From contig NOWV01000024.1 of the NCBI GenBank assembly GCA_003344405.1, positions 310,001 to 374,000 of the forward strand: 64,000 nucleotides of DNA, given 5' to 3'. This document shows, piece by piece, positions 41,392 to 53,100 of the stretch; within the stretch, counting starts at the first letter, position 1; each line of letters begins with the position of its first letter. The notes below the pieces were generated by a model. It had not been told where the DNA came from and searched no databases. It was given only the letters and a program-made list of their open reading frames with translations. Made by a program: the position numbers and the translations under genes. The stretch comes from Trichoplax sp. H2 (Eukaryota).

Positions 41392-43817
41392 TTAATCTTG
41401 TTTTGGAGTTTCAAGCATACTTCGCAAATAATTTTCTTGCCTTTCATATCGTGTACGAACCTTATACATTACGAAATAATAAAAATGATTACAAATTGTA
41501 TTTATAGATTTTAGAAGAATTGATATTGCTATGAAAAGTAATCATAAAATAAGAGAAATAACATTAAATAGGATGTATTATATGGAAAGTAGCGTTTACA
41601 TCCGGTGTATATTAAAGTAGTTGTTTAATATAAAATATATAACTACTACTAACCTGATTAATATGCTCTTTCTCTTCTAAATTTAAGATGGTCAAAAAAT
41701 TTTCCAGCTCCGCTACTGAAAATGCATCCCACTATAACATAAATATATGATTAACTACGTCAAAATTGAATCTATAAGCGCGCTTATTAAACATGAATTC
41801 GATATCTTAAATGTAGACAACAATTAAATCCTGGTCTCCCATATCTTAGGGCAATTAGCTACGATACTAACACAAATATCTCCAGTTTTATTTTCACCGA
41901 TAACAAACGATTTCTCTTCGTCGTTCTGTTTATTCCACATTAATTTAAGACATAAAGGTCTTTCGTAGTCATTCAGCTTTCTATCTGTAAGATATAGTAG
42001 TAATACTTTTAAAGACTTTTTAGTTTACATAGTAATATCTACTACATGCATAGATCTTTATACTGTACCAAAGTACTTGGTAAGCTTGTGCACCCTTTCA
42101 TAGATTGCAAACTTTTGTGGATTATCAGCAATTTTATACTTTTCTAAAAAAGTAACGATAATTTCCGTTGCGGTTGTATCACTTGTAACATGAATAGCCT
42201 GTAAACTACCACTCGGCATAAAGAAAGATGTACTCTACAATGTATTGACAAAGTTTCAATAAAACATTAATCTAATAGAAACTATTAATTGAGAATAAAT
42301 AAACATTCAATATTCATATAGCTATACATAGATGATTATTCGCATGATATAAATAATTTGGATATCGTACAGTATGATTATTAGTTATTAGCCAATTAAC
42401 GCGAGACTGGCTTCAATCGTTATTCATTTATACTAACTCGTTTCCTATTAACGTTACTAGAACCAAGCTTAGGCGAATCTTTCAGCTGTTCTTTTATTTT
42501 ACCATTGAAAGGATGAACATTTACTGGTCGAAGAATATCGACGCCAATATGAATAAACCCAGCGAACTTGCAGCTCTTTGGTTGCTTGAGTTTGAGATAT
42601 TCATATATACGTACATTAATGAGATAAATTTATGATATCATTTTCATAATACAATTTCTTCCTCTATGTGTATATACACAATCTGGAAACACTGATTGAT
42701 TATAATATTTGGCAAATCGATAATACTGCCTTCTGAACTAACCATGGTAATGATTAAACCAGAAGATTTCTGATTGTATCTTTGTATAACTTCTTTCAGT
42801 TCTTGTGTAGATTTTAACCCCAATACCTCTAAAGTATTCTAAGAAATGATTGCCAAATTTAAGGCCATGTAAATTAAAAAAAATTTTCTAAGCTTTATAC
42901 ATCCTAATATCGCAGCCTAAAGCTGTAGCTTTAATGGTTTACAAGGTTTTTCAAGATTCATTTTATTTACGATTAGAAGTTTATTTCAGACCCGTGCGTA
43001 TCCTGGCTTTTCGTTGGCCTTTCCGCTAATTAGTTGTAGGGATTGTTCCTGTTGTACTATATGCTGGTGATTTTCTGATATCTGTTTAGCCAACGATCGA
43101 GGACATTTCAAATCAATCCTAAATTGGCATTTTTTATGGCAGGTATACCTACATGCTAGATATAAAGGCCTTTTAGTTAGTACTAACTGACAAAGGTGAT
43201 GTAGGTATTTACAATACTCTAACTTTGTTATAGCATTTTGAAAAGGAATCGGAGTAGTTGAAACCCCATCAAATAATCTATTAGGTAAAAGTTGGCTCGA
43301 GTTGCCATTATTTAACTTATATCATTCTCTTATGGAGAGGAAGGATTCATAAGATTGTTTATTTTTTATTGTCATTAAACTATCGGTTGCATTATCCCTT
43401 AATAGAATAGGAATGTCAATATCGTAATGCCCATACTAATTTATAGATTTCTAACATTGTATATTATAAATCAAAAATAGTGGGAAAGTCAAATCAAATC
43501 CCTTTTTCACTAAAATAATCACCTTTACACCTGATTGCTTGCTTGAATAAGCCCCAAATAAAATCAGTGCAATAATCACACCAAGTTGGATTGGTTAGTT
43601 GTACAATCCGGAAATCGTGATAGCTTTCAATGGTATCTTCGTCCTGATCAATAACGAAGCTAGGACCAGGGATCGATTTGGAACGATCTAATAGTGGAGG
43701 ATATTTCTTGTCTTTCTTAGATTTACTACTTTTACGTAATTTCTGACGATGAAAGATTGTTTCAAAGACAGATAATTGATTTTCATGTTGTTTCTGCTGC
43801 TTACGTCGATCAAGCAT
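41392..43817 (-). CDS. RASSF1: Ras association domain family protein, RASSF1/5-like (C1 + RA + SARAH), ~375 aa, 8 exons
   Basis: join(43817-43523,43155-42992,42838-42743,42584-42438,42234-42069,41984-41872,41731-41654,41460-41392). C1: HDF...PTWCDYCTDFIWGLFKQAIRCKACRYTCHKKC...C. RA: TSFFMP...IHVTS...KYKIADNPQKFAIYE. SARAH: WDAFSVAELENFLTILNLEE. An acceptor at ~43828 leaves a further 5' exon possible; RASSF1 versus RASSF5 is not resolvable. Confidence 0.92.
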
Positions 43818-45182
43818 TGTTACTTTCCTGTAGAAAGTAGTTCAACGTTGTAACATTTAATACTAAATTTACTAGATGGTTTAATCTTTTATAATTACTT
43901 GATATTCCGTAGCGAAGCACAATGAAGCATTATAGACTATTAGGTATACGACAACGTAAATAAATTAAAATTTGTGCATACTCTCACGTCTGCGCAACTA
44001 TTAGTAAAATAAACAAATGATTGATGTTTTCATTTCAAATATACGTAATCGTTATCACGGTAAATTCGGGCATACTATATCAGCTCTCAGTTGCATTTAT
44101 ATTTTTAGATAAATTTACTACTTGTAATTCTAGAAGTGAGGAGCTATCCATACAGTTTCTGGATGTATAGATGTCATTTAAAGTGCATTTTATTAGTTGT
44201 GATGGGATCATCGCGATGACGGTTCGCTAAAATTGGATCGGCAAAACTAAGGTAACATATAGTTAAAAGTTTCAATGCCAACAACTGCGTTTCAGTAGGA
44301 GCTCAAGGCTACTTCTTTACTTTCTGCCGCTATTGTCATTATCTAAGGTATAAACAGCAAATATTTAGGCATATTAGTTTATTTACGTATATCCAATAGT
44401 AGTGTTGAAAAATGGTGATGCTATTTCCTAAAGTTAACTATAGCAATATCCATGCTTTGCCAATAGAGAAGTTTGTAATAATATTCGCAAGGTCGTTTAG
44501 AAACCACCTGCTGTAGTAAAATAGCTGCTCGTACGTTTGTGGCTTTATGCTTGTGCATAAAGCCATTCACCTCGTACAATCTTAAAGTAACGTAAGAATA
44601 AAATAGAGTTTACCAGGAAAAAGCAAGCCAAATATTAAATATTAGCCAGTTAATCATCATTAATCAATTAATGTGTAGTCAGTAGATTATGTATTTGATT
44701 ACAGTTCAAAAATTAGTACATAGTTATAAAACAGGCACAATGCTTTTAAAGATCTTTACGTACAAGGAACGAATCATATAATTACAAGCTGGGAATTTTT
44801 AATCACCTTATATAAATACTCTGATTGCTTCATCGATGTATATGTACATGTGATAGCATATTAATAAATTCTCTGAATTATGTACCATCATCATTGAAAA
44901 TAGTGCAAATTTTTAATCTTGTAATACTTTAAATTTTTTCGATGATTGTATTCAATTGATGAGATTAATATCTCTATGGCTATACATAACGTGCCCGTAA
45001 CCATGTTCGTACGTAGGCAAAAGATGGAACATGATATGATCGAGAATTGATTTTACACTATATGTGATGCATGCATAATAAACATTGCCTGGTGACTCCA
45101 AATTGCTTTGGTGAAATGTTCTAAATCACAATAGTAGAGGAAGAAGAAGCAATTATTTACAAATGTATAAGTATGGATATGT

Positions 45183-46268
45183 CTACTTCGATTCGTCAAA
45201 TAGCATTTGATCATAGGGTAAGTATCCGAAACATGTCTCACTCTGACACAAGCATTTAATTCCGTGACTAGTTTCTTGTTTATAATTGTCCCGATAACCA
45301 CCAGCGTAATCAAATGTTAATTCTTCGTTGGGTGCAATATCTCTCTTAGCAAAAAAAGCCAAATGAGGCACATTAGTGTTGATTCGAACAGCAATTGCCA
45401 ATAGATTGGGACTGCAAGAGTGATTGATAAAGCGGGCAATATTACCAAATTTAGTAGCATCAATGCAAGTGATTAAAATATGAGGATTAGAAAAATTTGT
45501 AATATGTTCTCTTAAAACAAGGAGATAATTAGGCTTCGTGAGATCACTTTGAGAGAATCTACTTTTAGCTTCATGGACACTAACAACCTGTCCAAGGTAT
45601 TCACAGACAAATTGACCAGCTATTAATTTGTCTGTAGTTCTTACACCTAAACCTTTAGATTGGGTTTTGAAGCATTCTAATTTTGCAGAAGAACCTAGTT
45701 GCACCACTCGATTCCAGCAATATATGCTACAAAGACAGGAATCGTTGCATTCTATGACAGGATTTTGAAGTTCTGAGCAATTCTTGTCTACATGGTAGGA
45801 GTAGTCATTGAATTACATTACAAGTTTGCAATAAATAAATAAATAATCCATTACTCGGATAGTCGATTATTCCATTTGCTACATGCTGCACAGATTAATG
45901 TTGCTTTTGCTTTCTATGTTCTGTTACAACAAGCTACAACGCAGGTGATTGAATAATCTTTAAGCTACAAACTTACTTAGAATTCTTAGCAGTCTTCTAG
46001 CGTCATCATAGACTCTCCTACTTTGGTGACACTTTGCATCGGAACAGTGCCAACATTGGCAACCGTCATAATTGTACTGTTCATAGTCATGGCTGAAGCT
46101 GTCATGTATGATCGATTGGTCAATCCTCTAAAATGGCAGTCAATAGCAATATCACAGGTAACCATTAAGCGAATTAAACAATAGTATTCATCATTCATCA
46201 TACAATCGATTGGAAAGCATGTCGGAAATTTTGTTTTGATGGAACATTACCTGGTAATCATCCTCCAT
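45183..46268 (-). CDS. SETMAR: SETMAR-like histone lysine methyltransferase (pre-SET/SET/post-SET, no transposase), ~257 aa
   Basis: join(46268-46251,46127-45977,45787-45183). Pre-SET GCQCWHC...ECNDSCLCSIYCWNRVVQ; SET KGLGVR, FVCEYLG, GNIARFINHSCSPNL, EELTFDY; post-SET CLCQSETCFGYLPYD. The first 18-nt exon is uncertain. Confidence 0.85.
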
Positions 46269-47080
46269 GTTAACAGTCTAGACCAGCTGCCTTACTGCCA
46301 AGTTGTCCCATGTTGTACACTCTCCTCGTACGTGTATATTACTTTAACAGTCATCAGTACTGTTGGCTTACAACATTAACAGTATACTCGTATACAGTCA
46401 GTTACATCAGTCATACCATGAGTAGATTGCACTATTCCTCCTTGTCTAACAGAATACCAATTTTCGATGTTGTCGATCAATAACGAGCCATTGGAAGAAT
46501 GGCTGGAAATTTTATTTATGCCGGAAATATTAGCAGCGAAGAGATTAAACGATTGATGAGCAATTGAGCATGCGAGATTCTAATAAGAAAAGAATGTACT
46601 GTACACTGTACTGTACAGTATGTTTTATACTGACTTTAGTCCCGTACCGTCTGTACATACAGTACATACTGCATTATACTGTGACTGTAGCCGTCGTAGC
46701 AACGTCGTCGAGGCGTCGACTTTGTTGACTTGTTTATACTGTAGTAAAATAAAATTAAATTAAATAATTAATAATTAATTAACATTGAATTAATATTAGT
46801 CGTGCCATATGACTTACTATACAGTATACAGTCCTATATAAAATCAAGTCAAAAGTGTATGGAGAACCGTACTTACTGTAAAGTATATGATGAAGTGAAG
46901 ATGATGAACTCTTGCTTTTGAATTATATATGTGCATATATTAGAGGGGTAAAATAGAGTTGGAATTGTGGAGGTCAAAATTGCAGTTACCTTTCGAGTTG
47001 TGACTTTTTAACCATCATTGACCAACGTGACGACCAAAATTCCTTTTCATTTAGTCAATCGTATACGACTTGATACAGAC

Positions 47081-47569
47081 ATGATGAAGATTTATCTTGT
47101 TTTATTGCTCTTCTTTTCCGTTGTCAATTGTTATCAAAGATATCAGGCACAAATTCCAAATGGCGCTAATGTACCCGATCCGTGTAACACCGCTCAATTT
47201 TGGGGTGGTGTGGGCCATCAAAAAAGAGCTGGTGGCGGTACCCGCAATACTTTCGGTATCCTAATGGGCGAAGTTGGAGTGCAATGGGGAAGATCAGCTT
47301 GCCTAGCTGATTCGGATGGCGATGGCTTATCCAATGGGGAAGAATTAGGTGATCCTAACTGTGTCTGGTCAGTGGGCGGCAATCCACCTATTCGTACCAC
47401 CAATATTACCCATCCTGGTATTTGTGAGCCAATTAATTCTAAGGCATGTTGTCAGAAGCAAACTTGGCTTTACTGCCATGATACCGTATGCAATGGTGCT
47501 ATCGGCAGTACTACCATCAGTCTTGGACTCATTTTTGCTTCCATGGTCATAGCATTAATCCAATATTAA
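47081..47569 (+). CDS. Temptin-like secreted protein with C-terminal hydrophobic (GPI-type) tail, 162 aa, intronless
   Basis: Signal peptide MMKIYLVLLLFFSVVNC. Temptin-family motifs YQAQIPNG..VPDPC...WGGVGH...GGGTRNTFG...W...C.ADSDGDGLSNGEELGDPNCVW...HPGICEP. Tail NGAIGSTTISLGLIFASMVIALIQY ends at the stop. Confidence 0.85.
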   Translation: MMKIYLVLLLFFSVVNCYQRYQAQIPNGANVPDPCNTAQFWGGVGHQKRAGGGTRNTFGILMGEVGVQWGRSACLADSDGDGLSNGEELGDPNCVWSVGGNPPIRTTNITHPGICEPINSKACCQKQTWLYCHDTVCNGAIGSTTISLGLIFASMVIALIQY

Positions 47570-48020
47570 ATTACAGATATTATCGTCGTTGTATTGATAA
47601 CCTAATAGCAATGGACACTGTAAATGTTCCATTTCTCATTGATCGCGCCCTTACATCAACAGCGGATACTATTTATGATTGTCTACGATTTAATCCACCA
47701 GTGGTTCTAGTGAAACTTTTTTGGGTACACTTTTTAAATTAATCAATGTACTGCGCTAATGATTTCTCGTTCAACCTGCCCCCTCATTAGGGGTGGATGA
47801 CTCTCGTTTTCTCTAGTCACGTATATTGCAACTTTCGAAGTATTATCTAGTCTACAAGTTGTTTTAGAATAGAGGAACTTTTGTTACCCTCCTAGATGAA
47901 TGTTATTTGACTGACCTTTATCTATCTTTACTAATAGCTATAACCAATCATTTAAGCTAGTCCGTTTATAGAATCTTATTTTTCTATTAACATGAGCATG
48001 TTTTATAGATCATAAGATGA

Positions 48021-49197
48021 CTAAAGTTTTCGCTCTGTAACAATAGCTTCGTTGCCACACGGGTCCATTGCTATTGACTCATATTGAACTGAAGCATTCT
48101 TGTGCTGTTTTAGCCTGCTTTGTCGATCATATTCACCGGCTGAGTAAGCGTATGTTATGAATAGATTAGATTAAAAGCGAATAGTAAGGATATATTTAAA
48201 TAAAACATGAAGAAAAATATTTCTCTTGCGTTCTGTTTGATTAAATTTGAGGGAAGAATGCATCGATTGACTCAATTTAGCCAGCGTATCTGTCTGTAAT
48301 CGCTGTCTTTTCCGAAATAAGTTGCTGCTACTTGCAAACTCCTTCAATTTTATTTGACCACCAAATTTTAGTCTGCTAGTGATTGCCTATAATTTAGCTA
48401 ATATTTCATTCGATAGATCATGACGAGTCATAACGTAAATTCTCCTACTTCACTACAGTAAAACTTTAAATTTTAAATAAAAATTACAGTACTCCACATT
48501 TGTGTCAAGACTTTTTGAATTGAACCGTCCCTTTGCTAGAGATTGAAGTGTTTGCCTAGCAAACTTTTGTTGCCATATTGGAATTAATGCAACTCTTTTC
48601 TAGCAACGGCAATATAACATATATAAATAAACTGGTCGCACTTCGAGTTTTTGTTCTGAAAATATTATTGGTTCATCCTTTCGTTCCTTAAAGTGAAAAA
48701 TAATATTACATTTCTATATAAGGTAAAGGATAGAGATTTGATTTTATAAACTATCGAAACCTATACTTATCTCTTTTGTTCGAAGAAGCTTATTTTACTG
48801 TACTTAATGGCTAACTTGATTTGAAAATAGTCCTATCCTACTGCATCTTCATTGAATCGATTGTAATTAAACCACCATTAAAGAGATAACTTTGAATAGC
48901 GTGATACATCGTTTATGAATAGTTCGTATCATTAGCAAATCGTTAGCTTTCCCTTTATTTTTAATAGGTGGTTACGGTGGTTACGAAAGGCTCAAAGTTA
49001 TTACAAATTCAACGCTTGCATAATAAAGCTGTAAGGATTACAGAATAAATTTAAAGTATAGTTAACAAGAATGAATGATCTAAATTTGCACAGACTGCTG
49101 TTTCATTTCTCTCAATTAAACTATCACAAGCGATATCATCGGTTTGGTCAAGACGATAATATATAGGTACGAGTACACTATTTTCACATGTTCGCAT
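48021..49197 (-). CDS. Putative small orphan multi-exon gene (~150 aa), no recognised family
   Basis: Tentative join(49197-49096,49028-49005,48686-48642,48535-48488,48386-48272,48139-48021) with GT-AG introns keeps one frame: MRTCENSVLVPIYYRLDQ...ERKDEPIIFSEQKLE-QRDGSIQKVLTQMWST-AITSRLKFGGQIKLKEF...TGEYDRQSRLKQHK...ERKL*. The 5' exons are ambiguous. Confidence 0.4.
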
Positions 49198-50117
49198 TTT
49201 CAACTATTTAATTGAGAGCTTGGTAATTGTAATAGGATGGACAGAGGTGTGTGAAGATAAATAGACAAGATAAAAATTTGAGTTGAAATCACCAAACTTT
49301 ATTCATTTTGATACACTCAAACATGTAATTTGCCAGAGAAACTTCAATACGCTTTAGTTCAAGTCGATAGGATATATATTAATCGGTTTATGAAATTCGA
49401 CTGAACAGTTGAAAAATTATAATTACTATGACAATGATAAGTGTGTATATTAAGTGTTTCATGTCGGAAAGTTTACCAGTAACGAAACACTAGTGTATAT
49501 TCAATTTTTAAATGTTACAGAAATAACTAATAAAATCACGAAAATCTTGCAACAAATTCTCCTAAACCAATATTTCATAGTAAACGCTTTTTTCGTTAAA
49601 GTCTACTCGATGCTTGCTTAATTACTGATGAAATACTTTCTTATAATAATATTGTATAGTAAACTAATAAGAATTACTTCGTTTGCACCGTAATGCAAGC
49701 GACAATAAATATCTATTAATCAAGTCAGTAATACTGTAGTCACAATGATGACCTTGTTAGAAGTAAATTTGTTAAAATATAGTCTGTAAAATCATACTAA
49801 GCAGGTTTTTAATGTACTGTATGCACGACTACCTATCTGTAACATTTAATTCTACAAATAAATTCGATGAGATGAATTATAAACACTGCAACCAAATAAA
49901 CACTTATAAAATTATCATCGCGAACACAGGACACAGCCATTAGTAACATATTCAACAATGCAAAGAAGTAACTAAATATTGTAATGCTATAAAGACATAC
50001 ATATACATCAAGTATCGTATTGATCACAAGTTTACATCAACAGGCAGACTACGTTATATTAACTTATCGAGATATTGAAAATAGTGACAATAGTCCATGA
50101 TTAGAAATTTGATACAT

Positions 50118-53100
50118 TTACGAAGTTTTTCCTTGATCCATTTCCATTTCTTCTGATATGATTCGAAATGCAGGTTCATCAAGAACAGATTTTGTTCGTA
50201 AAGTAGTAGGATGTGTAGGACCAAAAATCTATTTAGATTTTATAATAAATGGAGCTTAATAAAATTTAGAAAAATTAAATGAAATGAAGAAAAATAAAAT
50301 TATGATTCATTTCTAATTTCTTATATTATCAAGTACTTCGCAATCAATGTCATATGCTCTCTTATAGTATTTATAGGATTCTTTCTTATTTCGATATTCA
50401 ATCACGATTCCCATATTGAATACAATTCGAGCGGTTAACTTATGATATTCGCCGTAGGCTTGCATGCAAACTTCAAGCGCTTTCTTGTACCACTATATTA
50501 GACAAGAACATGTATTAAAAGACTTAAAATCTAGCTTGTAGCATAAAGCATAATACACTATGTAAAATCTATCGGCAAGACTTTCTCAATAAAATTTTAA
50601 AATTTATGAAAGATACGGCATTACATTCACTAATGGCTTTACGCCATTTGAAATAACAGCAGCATACGGTAATAATTTCATCATGTACTTGCAATTGCAA
50701 GAACAGTAATGGACTATCGAATACCTCAGATTGTTGAGGATCAGTGTCATCATAAACGAATGTAGCGATATTCTGATACGCTTCAGCCACATGACCGTTA
50801 TCACCAAGCTTGGGAAAAGAAATTTAGGCATCTTATTAATCCCAGCTACGTTATTTAAGCAAACAATTAATGTCGTAATATTCTTTGTAGTACCTCTTGA
50901 AATATTTGCAGCGCATTATGGCAATGCACTTCACACCTGACTCTACTTTCTTGGGATAATAATTCCTTATAAGTTCTTCCAACTCTGAAAAAGGCTCCAT
51001 AGTGGAATGACAACCGAAGTTCGAGTAAGCCTAGTTGATACTAAAAAAATATGTCTATGTTATCCAGTAGAATACTAAATAAATGTCCTTAATTTAAGTT
51101 AGGCGTTGATTTACTCTATTCTCGTTGCCCTTCAAGTTCTTGCGAAGAGAAATAGCTTTAAGTGCAGTTTGGATCACATTATAATGCTTCTTGGTATCAT
51201 TCACACTGATAAACTCTGCAAGTTTGCTAACCTAGATCGAGCAAGATATAAAGTAAAGAATTCTGACATCAAGTTCAATATAAGTATACTTGTCTAGAAC
51301 TACAGTATGTCCAACCTCGCTTTTAATATCTGTCAACAGCTGGAACAGACATGCCATTCTATGTTTTCTTGCTCCAAGCTTGTTTTCTTCTAATTCGATT
51401 GCATCAGATAATAATGTCTCTGCATCTTTATATTGACCAGCACAACACCTATGAGTAGCATAAAAAATTATTATGTATATCAGAATTAACTACAATCGGA
51501 TACGCGCATAGTTTTGCAAAGTTACTAGTTGGATTTAAAATACTAACAGGAAGCGAGCAACACGCCATTTCTTGTCAGCTAATTCTTCATCATCAGTATT
51601 TGATGTGAGTTGTTGCAGTGATTGAATGTATAGGTTTGAAGCAGTTGCATAACCTCCAGCCTAAAAAAGGACAAAAATGATTTAATATAAAGTTATGAAA
51701 CTGACGCGACTTTCGAGAATTTGCCAGCATTAGTAAGTCCTTAACCTTTCGCCACGATCGTAACAATTCGATGTTATGTTCATCTGAAGACAACTTTTCA
51801 AACACAGGCCATTCCAACAAGCATCTAGCTAGGCGACTATGATCAAGTAATTTTTCCAGATGATATGGTAATTCCTTTAGTAGTGAAATAAATTTAAAAA
51901 ATGTTTATTCAATAGAAGTTCAGATATACATCATATAGTAGCTAGCTAGTATCTTCACATTAAGAACTAACTATGTATTGATTAAAATAGTATATTTTGT
52001 TAAAGCTGTTAAAAAGTTGGGCAAGATCCTTAAGTTACGATCATATTTTGGCTATCACTATATCACACTCATAATGGAGAAATAAATTTGCAAGTAGCTA
52101 GAAAGTTTGGTTTGTACGATCGCCATAAATTGAACTTACCTCAGCTTTGCGATCATGATTCTCAATTTGTTCAAAGTACTCGGCCAATTTGCCATGCCAC
52201 CATGTATATAAGAATTTCCTGTAGTCTTCCGAACCGGTTTTAAAATATCTACACAATAAAATAGAATACACCAGTGATAACACGAGTATATGTTAAGGCG
52301 AACACCGTGAATCTATTCTCAATTATGATTTGTTCAATAAAGTAAGTAAGGATGAAGCTGATACATACTTTCTTCTAACAGCTTTACTCATTGCTCGGTG
52401 GTAAAAGTCCAATCTTCCTTCACCAGTGTCACCGCACGGGCGGAGGAACGGCTTTAGTGAACGAAAAACAGCGGCCCATTTTGCAGCAGGGAGTGGTGGG
52501 GGTCGCTTTGATCGTGACGATTTTGCTTCATTTTTATCTTCAATATCTGTAATAAAGATTATACACCCAGCATTAAGTAAATAACAATACGGAGTAAATC
52601 ACAAAATTTATTCTATTTCAGATGCAAGAAATGAATCATAAGCAAACCATCTATATCAAATTCGTCATCAAATTTCTTGTCAAAGTCAGTTTTACGGTAA
52701 GTCTCTTCCACGGTAACATGCAGCTTTTTCGATAAATCATTCGCTAATGCAGTATCTTTATCACTATTTTCCCTTTTCGAAATCTCTTGTGCCGCGTCAG
52801 GACCTTTCTCAGTAAAATCTTTTTCACTAGGAGGTCTCAGCGTTTCATCTTCTCCAAGTAATTCAAGTAACTCTCTTTCTAGTAATCCATGACGCGAACA
52901 TTCCAGAAAGCACAAGGTTGCAACCATTAAATGTCCACCACTTTCCTCTTCGAAGCGTGTTAAAACTTGCTCTAATAATCTGAAAGAAATAAAAATGATT
53001 ATTATAAATACTTTCCATGGTAATAATTTTATTTCCAAGATCGAATTCATATACAATATTGAAATTAACATTAAATTGAAAATTAAAGAGCCAAATATAC

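Noticed and set aside
47778..47817. GC hairpin followed by CTAG, as at a Helitron 3' end downstream of the temptin-like gene
   Set aside because: The stem is short, the spacing to CTAG is long and no matching 5' end or second copy was seen.
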